NCBI GenBank assembly: GCA_963575745.1
Contig: CAUYUJ010000179.1
Span: 1-64,000 of the forward strand
Reading direction: 5' to 3'
Source: Prorocentrum cordatum
Taxonomy: Eukaryota
DNA length: 64,000 nucleotides
Shown: in pieces, positions 42,735 through 55,640 of the stretch
How the letters are laid out: every line of letters starts with the position of its first letter
How positions within the stretch are numbered: position 1 is the first letter of the stretch
The notes under the pieces: generated by a model
Database searches by the model: none
What the model was told of the DNA's origin: nothing
What the model saw: the letters and a program-made list of their open reading frames with translations, nothing else
Position numbers and translations under genes: made by a program

Positions 42735-44333
42735 GTCCAGACGGCTCTGCCCCAGGCCGCCCTGCAGCAAGAGAAGGGGACGGCAAAGAAAGCAGGGAGG
42801 AGGGGCAGGCGATGGGGAGAGGACGGGGGAGTATCGGCGGCGGGATCAGGAGCAGAATGAGCCGGCGGTGGCGGTGACGATGACGACGACGATTGGGGCG
42901 ATCAGGAGGGGGACGAGGAGGACGAGGACGGGGGCGGATGGCGAGGGTGAGCACGAGCGGGACGATGATGTGGGGGATGAGGGAGGGTGGGCGAGGGTGG
43001 GCGAGGGACTAGCGGGCATCGGTGGGAGGAGGAGGAGGAGAAGGCAGGGATGAGGAGGAGGAGGAGGAGGAGGATGACTTGAGGTAATATGGCTTTGGGC
43101 CGCCTGAACCTCGCCAGTGGGCCCAGTTTCCTGGTGTCACCAGCCTGTAGGGCACGGTGGCCCGACGAAGCAACGTGGCCATCTTGGTCCAGACACTGCG
43201 GGAAGGTAGACGACGCATGAGAACCTGACGCGATATGTGTCGCCTATCCTCGTGCAGAGAGGGAAAAGTGAAGAACTTCTCAGAAAATGGATGTCGAGAG
43301 CTATGCGTTCTTGTGGGAACCTGGTGAAGGCATGCGTAGGTTAGCTCCTGGCACACAGGTTAGCTGGGCAGCTCACCGGTGCACTCTTGCCTCTTTCTCT
43401 TCCAGTGCGATGCATTGCATCGTGTTGCCGCAGGGGCCCACATGCCCCAGGTGACCAGAAAACGTTTCCCGTTTTCTGGCTGGAGTTTCCGCCAGTGCTA
43501 AGGAGACCACTCATTGATGTGACAGGGGGCATGATTTGTCCGCCCCAGCGTGTCCTCATAAGCACTGGGCAAACTAGGTCCCTATAGGGCTCTCACCAAA
43601 GGGGGGTGGCCTCCTAAGGTGCTCATGTGCGTGCTTCACGCTCGGGCGCGCGCCGATTAACAAATCCTCTGGTGTGCCTACATGAAAACTCTGATGAGGC
43701 AAACTATCGTGGTGCAAAGTCCAGAGTGCGATCGACGCACCATCTCCGTGACATTTGGAGGGGGCAGGATTTTTCCGCCTCTGTTTCGCCTACACGTTGC
43801 CATTGGGTTGGAGGGTAACCTGTCTGGACGGGCCAAGCTTCGCTTTCTGGTATTGTGCGGTGCTGTGATGTGTGGTGCGTGAGGCAGCCTGTGACATTAA
43901 TGGAGTGGCGTGTGAAAGATTGCTCCAGTGGGTGTGGGATTGGGGCGTGTGACAGAGTGCCATCCGTGTTGGTAGTTCAAGTCCTCAGCTCCCCAATGAC
44001 AGGGCCAGAGATGTTTCGTGACAATTTCGTGCCCGTATGTCGTCTGCTGGACCAGACGGCAACTCCTCCAACTGGGCGGTTGCCTTCCGACCTGACTGCT
44101 GGGGTGGAAATTGGGAACCAGCCGAGGCGGATACACGCCTCCGAAGCTAGTTGAATTTCATGCGGATCGTCTACGAGGGTCTCCTACAAAAGAATTACCC
44201 TTAGGTCCTGGAATTGGCTCAAGGCCCGGCTCAAGGCCCGGCGCGGCTGGATTAATCCAGCCCCCTTGGATTAATCCATTCCCCTACTGTTATTCTCTCA
44301 CCATACCCTTTCCCTTACCCGCTTGCTGCCGCG

Positions 44334-45332
44334 ATGCCGGCAGAGAAGCACCACATGGGGACGCCACTCGGAGGAGAGCGTAAGCAAGCTCGCCTCGATT
44401 CTCCACTGGACCAGATGGATGGCGACAACGAGGTTGGCGGAGGTGGAGGAGCAGGCAACACTAGCCAGGAAGACATGGACGTAAAGGAGATGATGAGGGT
44501 CATGATGAAGGACATGAAGGAGATGAAACTGATGATAACGAGGAGCGAGAGGATTGCGCAGGAGGCTAAGGACGAGGCGACGTCGGCGAAACAGTCGGCA
44601 TTCAAGGCGACCTTGGACATCAGCGGCCTGGAGGACAAGTTCGATAAGTTCCAGCAGTCGGCCGTTACGAAAGAGGACGTGACCAGGATGATCGAAGAGA
44701 CGATGTCTCAATGCACTACTCCGCGCAACTTGGCTACGACGTCCATTCCATCCACAGCAACGGCCGTCGTCGGGAACGTGCCCAACGCAACGACCTTTGA
44801 GGATGCAGCGAAACGGGCATCTACTCTCTGCATGGACCATGGCCTTCCAGCCCTGGCGGCCCGGAACATGTACTGCAAGAGCGAGTTCAAGGGCGTGTTC
44901 TTTGTCAAATTGATGTCGGACGCGTCGCGCCAGATGTTCCTTGACACTGTCAACTCGTTCGCGAGAGGGCAACCGGGGGGCTTCGGGAACACTGTCTGGG
45001 CGAAGCCGGACCTCCCTTTCGACATCCGCATGCAGCACGGCGTCCTTTTCGGGCTCCGCCGGCTGCTGGCGACGTGGGGCTTCAACAAGACGTGCGTCAA
45101 GGTCAACACGGATGACTCCTCCTTGTCTGTCGCAGGGACCGTGGTGGCCAAGACGGTGGTGAAGGACTACCAGCTGGAGCTGAAGTGGGTGGACCAGGAG
45201 TGGGGGAAGTGGGATGCACTGCAGTCGTCTTCAGAGCTCTCCGAGATCACCGCCGGCGCCCAGGGGAAGCTCGACAGGGCGAAGGCCTTCCTCGAGAGCA
45301 AAGGGAAGGGGAAAGGCCCTGGACTCCACTAG
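44334..45332 (+). CDS. LINE ORF1-like protein (332 aa, coiled-coil-like N-terminal half)
   Basis: Uninterrupted, high-complexity ORF directly upstream of EN-RT; ends in KGKGKG. Confidence 0.75.
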   Translation: MPAEKHHMGTPLGGERKQARLDSPLDQMDGDNEVGGGGGAGNTSQEDMDVKEMMRVMMKDMKEMKLMITRSERIAQEAKDEATSAKQSAFKATLDISGLEDKFDKFQQSAVTKEDVTRMIEETMSQCTTPRNLATTSIPSTATAVVGNVPNATTFEDAAKRASTLCMDHGLPALAARNMYCKSEFKGVFFVKLMSDASRQMFLDTVNSFARGQPGGFGNTVWAKPDLPFDIRMQHGVLFGLRRLLATWGFNKTCVKVNTDDSSLSVAGTVVAKTVVKDYQLELKWVDQEWGKWDALQSSSELSEITAGAQGKLDRAKAFLESKGKGKGPGLH

Positions 45333-48232
45333 GGGTCACAGCGGTGTGTGGGCGAATGCGACGTTTCACCCCTCGTGGCGGGGAGCGGCGAGGAGGCGGA
45401 CCTGTGCGAAGATGCGGGCCGCCACAGTTTTGACAGTTTGGTGAGGATTTGCTCGTGGAATGTTGAGGGAATGACGGATTTAAAGGAGGGCGAAATTTGC
45501 AGATATATGCGTGCGACTGCCATCGATATTGTATGTATGCAGGAGACGCACCGGCCAAACTCTGACCACTACGACACAGAGGACGGATATCTGGTGATCC
45601 TGTCGGGCAGTGCTGGGGTCCACCGCGAATCAGCCGGAGTGGGTTTTGTAGTCGCTCCACAGATGAGGCGTAGAATTTGCGGCTACTGGCAGTTCGACAA
45701 CCGAATTGCTACGATTAAGATCCGCACAGTCTATGGTAATATTACGCTGTGTACTGTTTACGCTCCACACAACGAGAAACCCACAGAGGAAAAACTCGAC
45801 TTCTACGATCGTCTTCAGCGCCACGCACGCTGTCGGATTATCACAGTATGGTCCTAGATATTTCTTCGGGGATTGGAATGCGAGGCTAGGCAAAAGACGT
45901 GCTGGGGAGGAGGACATAATGGGCGAGTACACGTTTGGTCGCGAGGCGAAGAGAAAGGTCGACCTTCCCAACCGGGACTTGTTTACAGAATTCTGCATGG
46001 ACCTCCAGCTCCTCGTGGCGAACACGCTGAAACTCCACCCGGCCGATCAGACAGCGACGTGCCATGAACCATCCGTTCGGCCTGGCAGTCCAATCAACGA
46101 CGTCGGCTTCAATGTCTTGGATTACTTGGTTATTCCTGCTGCTCGCGAGCAGGACCTTGGAGATATTCGAAGCGACACCTCTGCTACTCTAGCTTCACAT
46201 CATTTCCTTGTGCTGGCAACCATTGTGGCGGGCGCGCCAGAGACCTCTGAGCGCCGGCCAGCAAACCGGCGGAAGAATTGGGCCACCCTGCAATCGCCAT
46301 CTGGGAGACGAGAGCTCACGAAAGAAGTTGGACGTCGCATGGAAGAGTCCGCAGGGTTACATAGTTTAACGCTGAGCTGGAAGACGGCGTCTGCGCCTGT
46401 CATGGCGGCCGCGGACACCGCCGTGCCATATTTTCCATGCGCAAGCCGAACAAACCCTGGATCTCAGAGCGCACGCTGGCACTCATCACCCAGAGACGCC
46501 ATGCGCGAACTGCAGGCGATTGGAGCGCCGAGCTGCGACTGAGAAACTCCGTGAAGCAGTCGGCCAAGCAAGATCGCAGTACGTGGCTTGAGAATCTGAC
46601 AGCTACTGGAGACTGGAGTTGCATCAACAAGATATCAAAGGGCAAGGGCCGGCCGCAAGGGCGACTTCACAATCGAAACGGCGATCCGGTTACGACAGAC
46701 GAGCGCGCGGAGACATTCGCGGAGCACCTCAGCAATATCCAGTGGCACGTGCGCCCTACAACTCTGACGCCAGTCACAGACGATGCGATCTACCAGGCGT
46801 TGAACGTGAATCTGGATCGCTTTACGGATGCAGAATTACGGCGTGCCTTACAGAAGTTACGCCCTGGAAGATCTTGCAAAAGAGGGGGCATCCCAGTAGA
46901 AGTTTACAAAGCTCTCGCTGCTGAGCCAGGGCACTTGAAGTGGTTGCTCGACATATGCAATGCCGCGTGGGTGGAGAAACACCTGCTGGATGATGGGTGC
47001 GAGTCTCATGTGAGCTTACTCTACAAGAAGGGCGACCCAGCAAATCGCGACCACTACCGGCCCTTGTCGCTTCAATGCGTCGCCATGAAAGCATTCTCCG
47101 CCATGCTCAAGTAGAGGCTCCTGGACGCGGGCGTGGATGAGAGATTGTGGGCGTCCCAATTTGGTTTCCGACCTGGTCGCAGCACCGAGCGCACCATCTA
47201 TGTTGCCCTGAGGCGCATAGAAACAGCCAGGGCGAAAAAAGGAGGGGCTGTCACCCTGGTGGCGCTGGATTGGAAGAAGGCATTTGACAGCGTACACATA
47301 GAGAGCCTGCTGGGCGCGTTACGGCGGATTGGCGTTCCATCTGAGTTCCGGGAGATGGTCGGTGTGATGATGGAGAGAAGGATGTTCGTGGTGAGGGAAT
47401 GCGACAACCAGTCCGCTCCCAGACCCCAGCTTTCTGGGATCTCACAAGGTTGCACCCTCAGCCCGCTGCTGTTCGTCCTGGTCATGACTGTGCTCTTGCA
47501 CGATGCCGCCTCGAAGCTTACCGGTGGAGCAGAGGAGGCGCGCGTCAAGGGCGACGTGTCCGAGTGCGTTTACGCAGACGACGCGCTCTGAATCGGCTCC
47601 AATGAAGAGCACTTGAACGAGCTTCTGGGTGCCGTTGCCTCCGCGGGCACGCGCTACGGAATGGAGTTGCATTGGGGCAAGTTTCAGGTGCTCGCAGTTC
47701 AGTCGAAGGGCGAGATATACGCCCCTGATGGTACTGCCCTCAGCCATGTGCAGCACGTAGAATACCTTGGAGCACATCTGTTGGCAGATGCAGACATGGG
47801 CCACGAATTGGGCAGAAAAATCGGAGAGGCCAAAAGGAATTTCACAACGTTGCGAAAAGTCTGGTCGCATTCTTCCTTGACCTGGCCACGAAAGCCGCGG
47901 ATTTACACATCGATTGTGGAGTCTAAATTATTATGTGGGCTAGCAGGGTCGTGCCTGACAAAATCGCAGCTGCGGCGGTTGGGCGGCTTCCCGAACAGGT
48001 GTGTCTGGCAGATCATAGGCGTCCGACCTTCATGGATTTCGCGCGTACGGAACACAGACGTGCTGAGCCGTGCAGACCACGCCCCAGCGAGCCAGCAACT
48101 TCTACGCCGGCAGCTCCTGCTCTTCGGTCAAGTGCTACGCGCCGATCGAGGACACCCGCTGCGGACGTGCACGTTCGCTTCCGGCTCACTGACACCACAG
48201 ACAGATGCTACAACGAGGAGGGTTGGTAGGCC
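45333..48232 (+). pseudogene. LINE ORF2 (APE endonuclease + reverse transcriptase), disrupted
   Basis: EN motifs SWNVEG, MQET, GVGF, VYAPH, GDWNA, LDY. RT motifs KKGDP..YRPLSL, QFGFRPGRS, LDWKKAFDSV, GISQGCTLSPLLF, YADD, YLG. Frameshifts near 45830 and 46435; in-frame stops at 47112 and 47589. Confidence 0.93.
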
Positions 48233-48369
48233 ATTGGTAGCACGGCAGCAGCCGAGGTTGCAGCGCAAACTTGCCAATACGATCGTACTATACGCGCCCT
48301 GTTTTAATTCCACGTGCACTCCTCCTCCTCCTCCTCCTCCTCCTCCTCCTCCTCCTCCTCCTCCTCCTG

Positions 48370-49500
48370 GTCGTCCCAGTGTGACCCATTTGCGCGCCGT
48401 TCCCGTTCGTGGTGCCCTGAGCCCCCGGCGCAGAAGTGCAGCTTCTCACTGGTAGCCGACTGCAGTGTCCCGGCGTGCAGCCAAGGCCCTGGCTCTTCTT
48501 TAAGCCAGCGTTCATGCCCACGCACCGCTTGGTGTATGGTTTGTCAGTCAGCCTGGAATCCTCCCTTCTCTAAGAGGGGGCGGACCGTTGTCCAGGCATC
48601 CCCATTAAAGGTGCAGAGGGACATCGCCGCAGAACTCTGTGGGATGACCAGTGCTGACAAGACTGGCCGGGGCTCAGGGGGTATTGTTGCCCTAATTCTG
48701 GGCCGCCCTCTGCCCTTGCGGCGGCGGCGGTCGGCTCGCCTCTCCCCAACCCAACGCGGTCGTTACCTCGTCGGGGGCGGCGCCGATTGGCGGGAGCGGG
48801 CAGTCGCCTCCACGTCCATGGCCGCCGGGGCTGCGGGCGCGCCGGGATTTCTGGGGGCGCCCGGGCTGCGCTCCCCGCGGCGTCGGCGCTCGCCTCGCCG
48901 GCGAGCTGCTCTGTGGCCTCCTCTTTCCGCCTCGGAGGCTGCGGCGACCAGGAAGATTTTCGAGGCACATTTTGCCTCTGGGCCCGTGCCGGGGACTGGT
49001 GGTTATGGTTCTTCTGACTCCGGAGGCTTGTTGGTGGTGCCTCCAGTTCTGTGGGGTGCTCCGTCTGGATGTTGATGTCGGGATGCTTGCGGAGGAAGTC
49101 CACAGTGTCTGCCACGGTGGGCTTCTTAACCCCCGCGGTTATCGGCGGATCCATTCGCAGCTTGAGGGCCTTCTGCTGCTCCCGGGTTGCGCGGATGTCC
49201 ATGACGAGATTGAATCTGGGCGGACATGGCGGCGTGCTTGCCGCAAAGGCCGTCGATCTGGTCGCCTATGGACTCCATGTCTGTGATCTCTTGATCGAGC
49301 ATCTTCTTCACTTTTGAGCGCCGCGCAGTGACCGCCTGGTACTGGTCTGAAGTGCTCAAGGCTAGAAACTCCTTCTCGAGGCGCTTCAAGCGTTCCGCTG
49401 CTGCCAAGTAGTTCTGGTTTGCCCTTGCCGTGCCCATCTTGGCATGTTGCTCGTAGAAGTTGACCTCGGCCTTGGCCATTGCGACCTTAGAGAGCGGGTG
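48370..49500 (-). mobile_element. Remnant of a second element in opposite orientation (coiled-coil ORF1-like segment plus a possible endonuclease start)
   Basis: Frameshifted high-complexity ORFs 49479-49126 and 49202-49070, followed at 48624 by MSLCTFNGDAWTT, which resembles the first EEP/APE strand motif. Confidence 0.4.
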
Positions 49501-50599
49501 GGTCGGAAGCTTGGCATCTCTCCACGCTGGGCCCTGTGGGGGGTCCTCGACTGCCGCCCCTTTGTGTCTTGTGCGGGGCAGCCGTAGGGCCCGGGGGCTC
49601 TACGGTGGAGTGGAAGGGCGATGGAGCCGTCCTGGTGAAGTCGGAGTTGTCCTTGGCGCGGGGGAAGTGCTGGCCGTCGCGTTCGGGACGCTGTCCCCGC
49701 GGGGGTGGTCGCCGGGTGCTTGGATGGCTAGGCGTCGGTGCTGGCACGGTCGGCGCGGGAGCGGATGCTGGACATTCGTCCCCGCGGCTGCACGTGACAG
49801 GATGGCCCAGTGCGTCCACAGGTGCTCGCTGGAGTACGCCATCGCATCGCGGGTGCGGGCTTGGACGAAGCCCTTTGTTGCCCTCTATGCGATGGGTAGG
49901 CTGAGCCAGGGCCTTCATGGTATGTGCTGTGTGAGTCGGGGCGACGCCGCAACACTTGAGCCTTATCGATTGCGGAGGTGGATGGGGGGTGTTTGCGCAG
50001 GATCCTTCAGAGCTTCGGAAACATTGTATTGCGTCCGCTCTGTCCCACGTCGCCCCACGACCCAACGAGAGATAGGACCCTGTGGATAGTGGCAGCGTTC
50101 ACCTCCAATGGTAGATCTAATTGGGCAAGACAGGTTTCGTTCCCCCGCGGGGCCGGTGAAGCGATGGCAGTTGGAAATTTCTGGGTCCCTGGTGGCCCAG
50201 AGACAATGGAGGGCATCTCAGTTCTGGAGATGTGGCCAGAACTTTGGGGGGCGATGTGGTCTATCCTGGGAGGGTGTGCGCCATCTCGGAGTGGTCCAGG
50301 GAGGGATCTCGTGGTCTTGGGGCTGTCATGGGTGCCATCGAAAGTTCTACTTGGCTGTATTGGGGCCTAATCGGCCGTAGAGGGGGAGCGACCGAAGTGG
50401 CTGCAGGTCCCTCCAGCACCCTTGACTGGCGGAGTGGAGGCCTCAGAGCGGCCGGAGCCTCGATGAGGGAAGGAGGAAGAAATCAGAGGAGAAGGTCCCC
50501 TTGTCACCCCCTAGCGTTGTAGCTGAGAAAGTGGCGTAAGTGGAAAGGGCCGGCGGCCTCGTCGCCGGGTTGAGTTTAGTAGATCAAGGTCCTTTGGTA

Positions 50600-51485
50600 C
50601 GTGTGGAAGGGTATGCAGGACCGCCAGCATTGCCACTGGGCGGTGTCCTTGAGGCCAATGCCTCGTGTCTCGCAGGTGGAGTGGCTGTGCAAAATGGGGT
50701 GAAAGCAGGATCGCCGGCATTGCCGCCAGGCTGTGTCCTGGAGGTCAGTACTTCTGGTGTGCGAGTGTGGAGTGGAAGCGAGACCACCAGTATTGCCGCT
50801 GGGCTGTGTTCCGGAGGTCAGTACCTCTGGTCTGCGAGTGTGGAGTGAACGTAGTACCGCTGGCATTGCCGTCGGGCTTTGTCTCGGAGGTCAGTAATTA
50901 CCTTGGTGTGGGAGTGTGGGACGACAGGAGGACCGCTGGCATTGCTGCCGGGCTGTGTTCCGGAGTTCAGTGCTTCTGCGCTGAGCGAGTGTGGAGTGAT
51001 AGCAGGACCGCTGGCATTGCAGCTGGGCTGTGTCCTTGAGCTCAGTACCTCTGTGGTGAGCGAGTGTGAAGTGATAGCAGGACCGCCAGCTCTGCCGCTA
51101 GGCTGTGTCCTGGAGTTCAATACCTCGGTGGTGCGAGTGCGGTGTGGATGCAGGACCGCCAGCATTGCCGCCGGACTGTCCTGGAGGTCGGTACCTTCTG
51201 TGGTGTGCGGGTGACGATTGAAGGCAGGACCGCCCGCATTGCCGCCGAGCTGTGTCCTGGAGGTCAGTACCTCTCGTGTGCGAGTATTGAGTGGAACCAG
51301 GACCGCCGGCATTGCCGCCGGGCTGTGTCCTGGAGGTCAGTATCTCTGGTGTGCGAGTGTGGTGTGACAGCAGGACCGCCGGCATTGCCGCTGGGCTGTG
51401 TCCTGGAGGTCAGTACCTTTGGTGTGTGAGTGTGGAGTGGAACCGGGACCGCCGGCATTGCCGCCGGGCTGTGTCCTGGAGGCCA
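50600..51485. repeat. Minisatellite, unit about 72 bp, about 12 copies
   Basis: GGACCGCCGGCATTGCCGCCGGGCTGTGTCCTGGAGGTCAGTACCT recurs (e.g. 51309, 51382, 51454). Confidence 0.93.
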
Positions 51486-52812
51486 GCCAGCATCCTTGCT
51501 GGCCCCTTGCCGCCGTCTCGCCGCTGCTCACTCCGACGGGGGCTCGGCTGGGGTGCTCGTCGGGTGTGGCTAAGCCGCACCCTCAGTGACGCCCCGTGCG
51601 TCCCCAGCCGATTCCCCCAGAGGAGTTTGGAGCAGCAGTGGCACGGGGAGGAGGAGGAGGAGGAGGAGGAGGAGGAGGAGGAGGAGGAGGACGAGGAGGA
51701 GGAGGAGGAGGAGGAGGACGAGGGGGGGGAGGAGGAGGAGGAGGAGGCGGAGGGCGGCGGCGATGACGATGGCGATGGCAGTGGTGATGGTAACGACGAT
51801 GGTGGTAATTCTGTTGCTGATGCTGATGCTGCTTGCTGTGAGAACGAGCAGGAGGATGCGGAGAGCGAGGATGGGCAATTAGATGAGGAGGAGGATGAGG
51901 AGGGCGATGAGCAATCAGAGATCGTCAATGCGGACAATGATGACGCTGCTGATGATCAGAGCGTGAATTACCTACCCTGCTTTCGCTTCCAGGCAACGCC
52001 AAGCCATACCACGCGCCTCATCGTCGAGCGGCCTGACCAGTACAGGCTGCAATTTGGCATCGTTTGGTATCTCTTGGAAGCGAGGGTGGTCAAAGGCGCG
52101 GTAGGTTTGTTTTCCCCCTAGATGATGCTGATGATGATGCTGATGATGATTATGCTGATGTTGATCATGCTGATGATGATGATGATGATGATGAAGAAGA
52201 AGATGCTGCTGCTCCTGATGATGATGCTGCTTCTGCTGATGCTGCTGCTGATATTGATGATGATGATGATGCTTCTACTGCTGCTGATGACGGTAGTGGC
52301 GTTGATGATGCTGCTGCTGACGACGACGACAACGACCACGACGACGATGATTATGATGATGACAGTGATGGTGATGAAGGTGCTGAAGATGCTGCTGATT
52401 ATGATGACGACGATGACGATGACGCTGCCGATGATGATGCTGATTTTGATGATGATGCTGATGATGATGCTGGTGGTGGTGAATATGATGATGATTATAT
52501 GATGCTGATGATGCTGACTAACACGATTATGACGATGATGATGATAATGCTGATGCTGATGACGATACTTATGATGATGGAACTGATGATGCTGATGCTA
52601 ATGATGCTGCTGCTGATGATGATGATGATGCGGATGCGGGTGATGGTGATGATGATGGTGACGATGACAATGATGATGCTGATGATGATGATGCTGATAC
52701 TGATGCTGATGATGATGCTGATGCTGCTGATGATGTTGATGATGTTGATGATGCTGCTGCTGATGATGGTGATGATGATGCTGATGATGATGCTGATGAT
52801 GATGCTGATGGC

Positions 52813-52855
<43 letters not shown>

Positions 52856-53157
52856 CTGATGATGATGTTGATGATGATGGTGATGGTGATGGTCATGTTG
52901 ATGCTGCTGCTGATGATGATGGTGCTGATGATGATGATGATGATGACAACGATGTTGGCGATGTTGATGATGATCAGGATGAGGATGAGGATGAGGAGGA
53001 GGAAGAGCTGGAGGGCGAGCAAGAGAGGGCGCTGATATTTTCTAACAGATAGCGACGTTAGAGGCAGGGACGAGGAGGGAGGGAGGTGAAGATGGTGGTG
53101 GTGGTGGTGGTTGTGGAGTCGCCATGTCCCGATGCGGCCGCTCGCTTGCGGCTCAAG

Positions 53158-53239
53158 CGGGTTTTGATGTCTTCAACGCCTTGAACGTGATGGAGAACGA
53201 CCAGTTCCTGAAGGAGCTCAAGTTCGGCATCGGCGACGG
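53158..53239 (+). CDS. NMT: N-myristoyltransferase exon g (start 53158 if AG is used, 53161 if non-canonical)
   Basis: Encodes [26 protein letters not shown](G), containing the NMT FDVFNAL motif and the KFGxGDG signature. GC donor at 53240. Confidence 0.96.
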
Positions 53240-54245
53240 GCTCTCCGCTCAAGCCGGGAGATAAGTGTTGTGCGTGCACATGCATGCGGGTGTCTCTTTC
53301 TGCCTCTCTCTATACATGTGTATATGTATGTATGTACGTACGTACGTGCGTATATATGTATGTATGTATGTATGCACGTATGTTAGCCAGCGTGGACCCC
53401 AAACCGTGTGTTTCTAGCAATCGATGTTGTGCAGTCGATGTGGAGCATTGATGTGGTGCAATGTATGGGGAGTAGTCTGTTTTGTGGTGTCGTCTACTAT
53501 TTTGTTTTTTTTTGTGTAGTCTATGGGGTGCCATCTCAGCAGCTCAATGCAACACAATTTCAAATCAAAACGCAGCAAGGCAATGCAAAGCAAGGCAACA
53601 CAAAGCAATGCAATGTGATCCAAAGCAAAGCAAAGCAACACAATCCAAAGCAACGCAAAACAATGCACAGCAATGCAACACAACTCTATTCGAGGTGGCG
53701 TCATATCTAATACGACTATAATGAGGGTGGGCCCATCTTTATTAGGACGCTGTCAGAGGTTGCTCGATCTTGAAACGGACTGTAATAGAAGGTGCAGCAT
53801 CACCAATGGGATTATTTTAGAGGTAGCTCCATCACTAATTGGATCCTGGTAAGTTGCCCCATCCCCTATACGATCCAATCAGAGGTGGATCCATCTCTCA
53901 GGTGACCCATCCTAGATGGGATTATGTTAGAGGTCGCTCCATATCTAAGAGGAGTCCAGTAGATGTGCATCGAGTCCACATATAAAATAACGCAATTGAG
54001 ATGGGTTCGTCCCTGGTAGGATTCTATTAGAGGTGGCCCCATCCCTATGGGGGTTTCTAGAGAGGAAGAGAGAACAAGAGAGGGAGAGAGACAGAGAGAG
54101 AGAGAGTAACAAACATATATACGTACATGTATATATAAACACTAATGAAACGAGAGAGAGAGAGAAAGTGAGAGAGAGAGAGAGAGACATATGTATACAT
54201 GTATACATGTATACATATATTTATATATCTAGATTCACATATATA

Positions 54246-54278
<33 letters not shown>

Positions 54279-54310
54279 GCAGAGAGAGAGAGAGAGAGAC
54301 AGAAAGAGAG

Positions 54311-54344
<34 letters not shown>

Positions 54345-54945
54345 CGAAAGAAAAAGAGACAGATAGAGAGAGAGAGAGAGAAAGCTCTTCAAGAGTCCTT
54401 TATCTCCCCTCCACGGGCCGGGGCCGGGGCAGGGGCTGGTGCAGGGGCAGGGGCCGCGGCTGGGGGAGCCCGGGCCGATGCGGGGGGGGGGGTCAGGACT
54501 TCCCTTGCCGCTAGGGGGACCACCCCTGAACCCCCCATTCTCCACGGGGGGGCCGCCGGGGGAGGCGGGGGGGGGGCACGACCCCCGGCGAAGCCCCCCG
54601 GGAAACCCCAGGGACATCCCCCCAAGACCCCCTCTCCCCGTGGGGGAAGGGACAAAGGGAAGGGGCTTCCCTTCGACGTGGTTGCGACATTGTTCGGTCC
54701 CCCCTGTTTGTTCGGTCTCTCTCACGACGACAACGATTCAAAGGTTACTGGCGTACTTCAGTTCGGTTTGGGCTGGGTCGAAGGGCCTCTCACACACGCC
54801 TACTGGGTCGGCGCATTTATTTTGTGTGTATGCTCTCTCTTCCATCCTTTCTCCAATCTCATTCCTCATCCTTGTCCTTTCCTCATTCTCCTCCTGCGCC
54901 CCCTTTCCCTCTTGCTCCTTCCATCTACGCCGCCCCCCCGTCCAG

Positions 54946-54956
54946 GTTCCTGCAGT
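54946..54956 (+). CDS. NMT: N-myristoyltransferase micro-exon h (11-13 nt)
   Basis: Pyrimidine tract then CAG|G. GTTCCTGCAGT supplies (G)FLQ(Y), giving GDG-FLQY-YLYNW in the required phase. Confidence 0.75.
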
Positions 54957-55404
54957 ATCCGCGGGGCCGAGCGCCGTTACTCCGGGCTCCCACAGTGTCC
55001 CCAGCCCGCTCCGCTTCAGGGCAGAATGAGGAGGGAGGAGGAGGAGGAGGAGGAGGAGGAGGAGGAGGAGGAGGAGGAGGAGGAGGAGGGATGATGCGGA
55101 CGAGGGGAACAGGATGAGGCGGAGGAGGGGAGAGTGTGGAGGAGGGATGGATGATGGTGAGGATGTTGTTGAGTGTGATGGGAATGGTGATAAAGAGGTC
55201 GCTGATGGTGAAGATGTTCGTGCCGATGATCATGATGCTGATGATGCTGCTGCTGATGCTGATTCTGATGATGATGCTGATGATGATGCTGATGATGGTG
55301 GTTAGTGTGGTGCTGCTGCTGCTAACGATGACGACGACGATGATGCTGCTGATGATGATGAGGATGGTGGTGGTGGTGGTGGGGGTGATTCTGAGGATGA
55401 TGAC

Positions 55405-55462
<58 letters not shown>

Positions 55463-55596
55463 TTGAGGATGACGATGACGACGATGATGATGATGGTGAC
55501 GATGACGACGATGCTACTGCTGATGATGGTGATGATGTTGAAGATGCTGCTGCTGCTGATTATTGGTGGTGATGCAAATGCTGATGCTGAAGATGG

Positions 55597-55640
<44 letters not shown>

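Larger units (their letters stand above)
44334..48232 (+). mobile_element. Non-LTR retrotransposon (APE-type LINE), decayed, inside an NMT intron; exact ends uncertain
   Basis: ORF1 followed by endonuclease and reverse transcriptase motifs in the expected order. Confidence 0.93.

Noticed and set aside
51993..52095. Exon-like island ATPSHTTRLIVERPDQYRLQFGIVWYLLEAR
   Set aside because: There is no room for it between LILANRL and GFDVFNAL, and it matches no family I recognise.
54955..54962. U12-type donor (GTATCC)
   Set aside because: It lacks the following TT of RTATCCTT, the other site reads CTATCC, and AT-AC or GT-AG registers break the frame or the YY motif.
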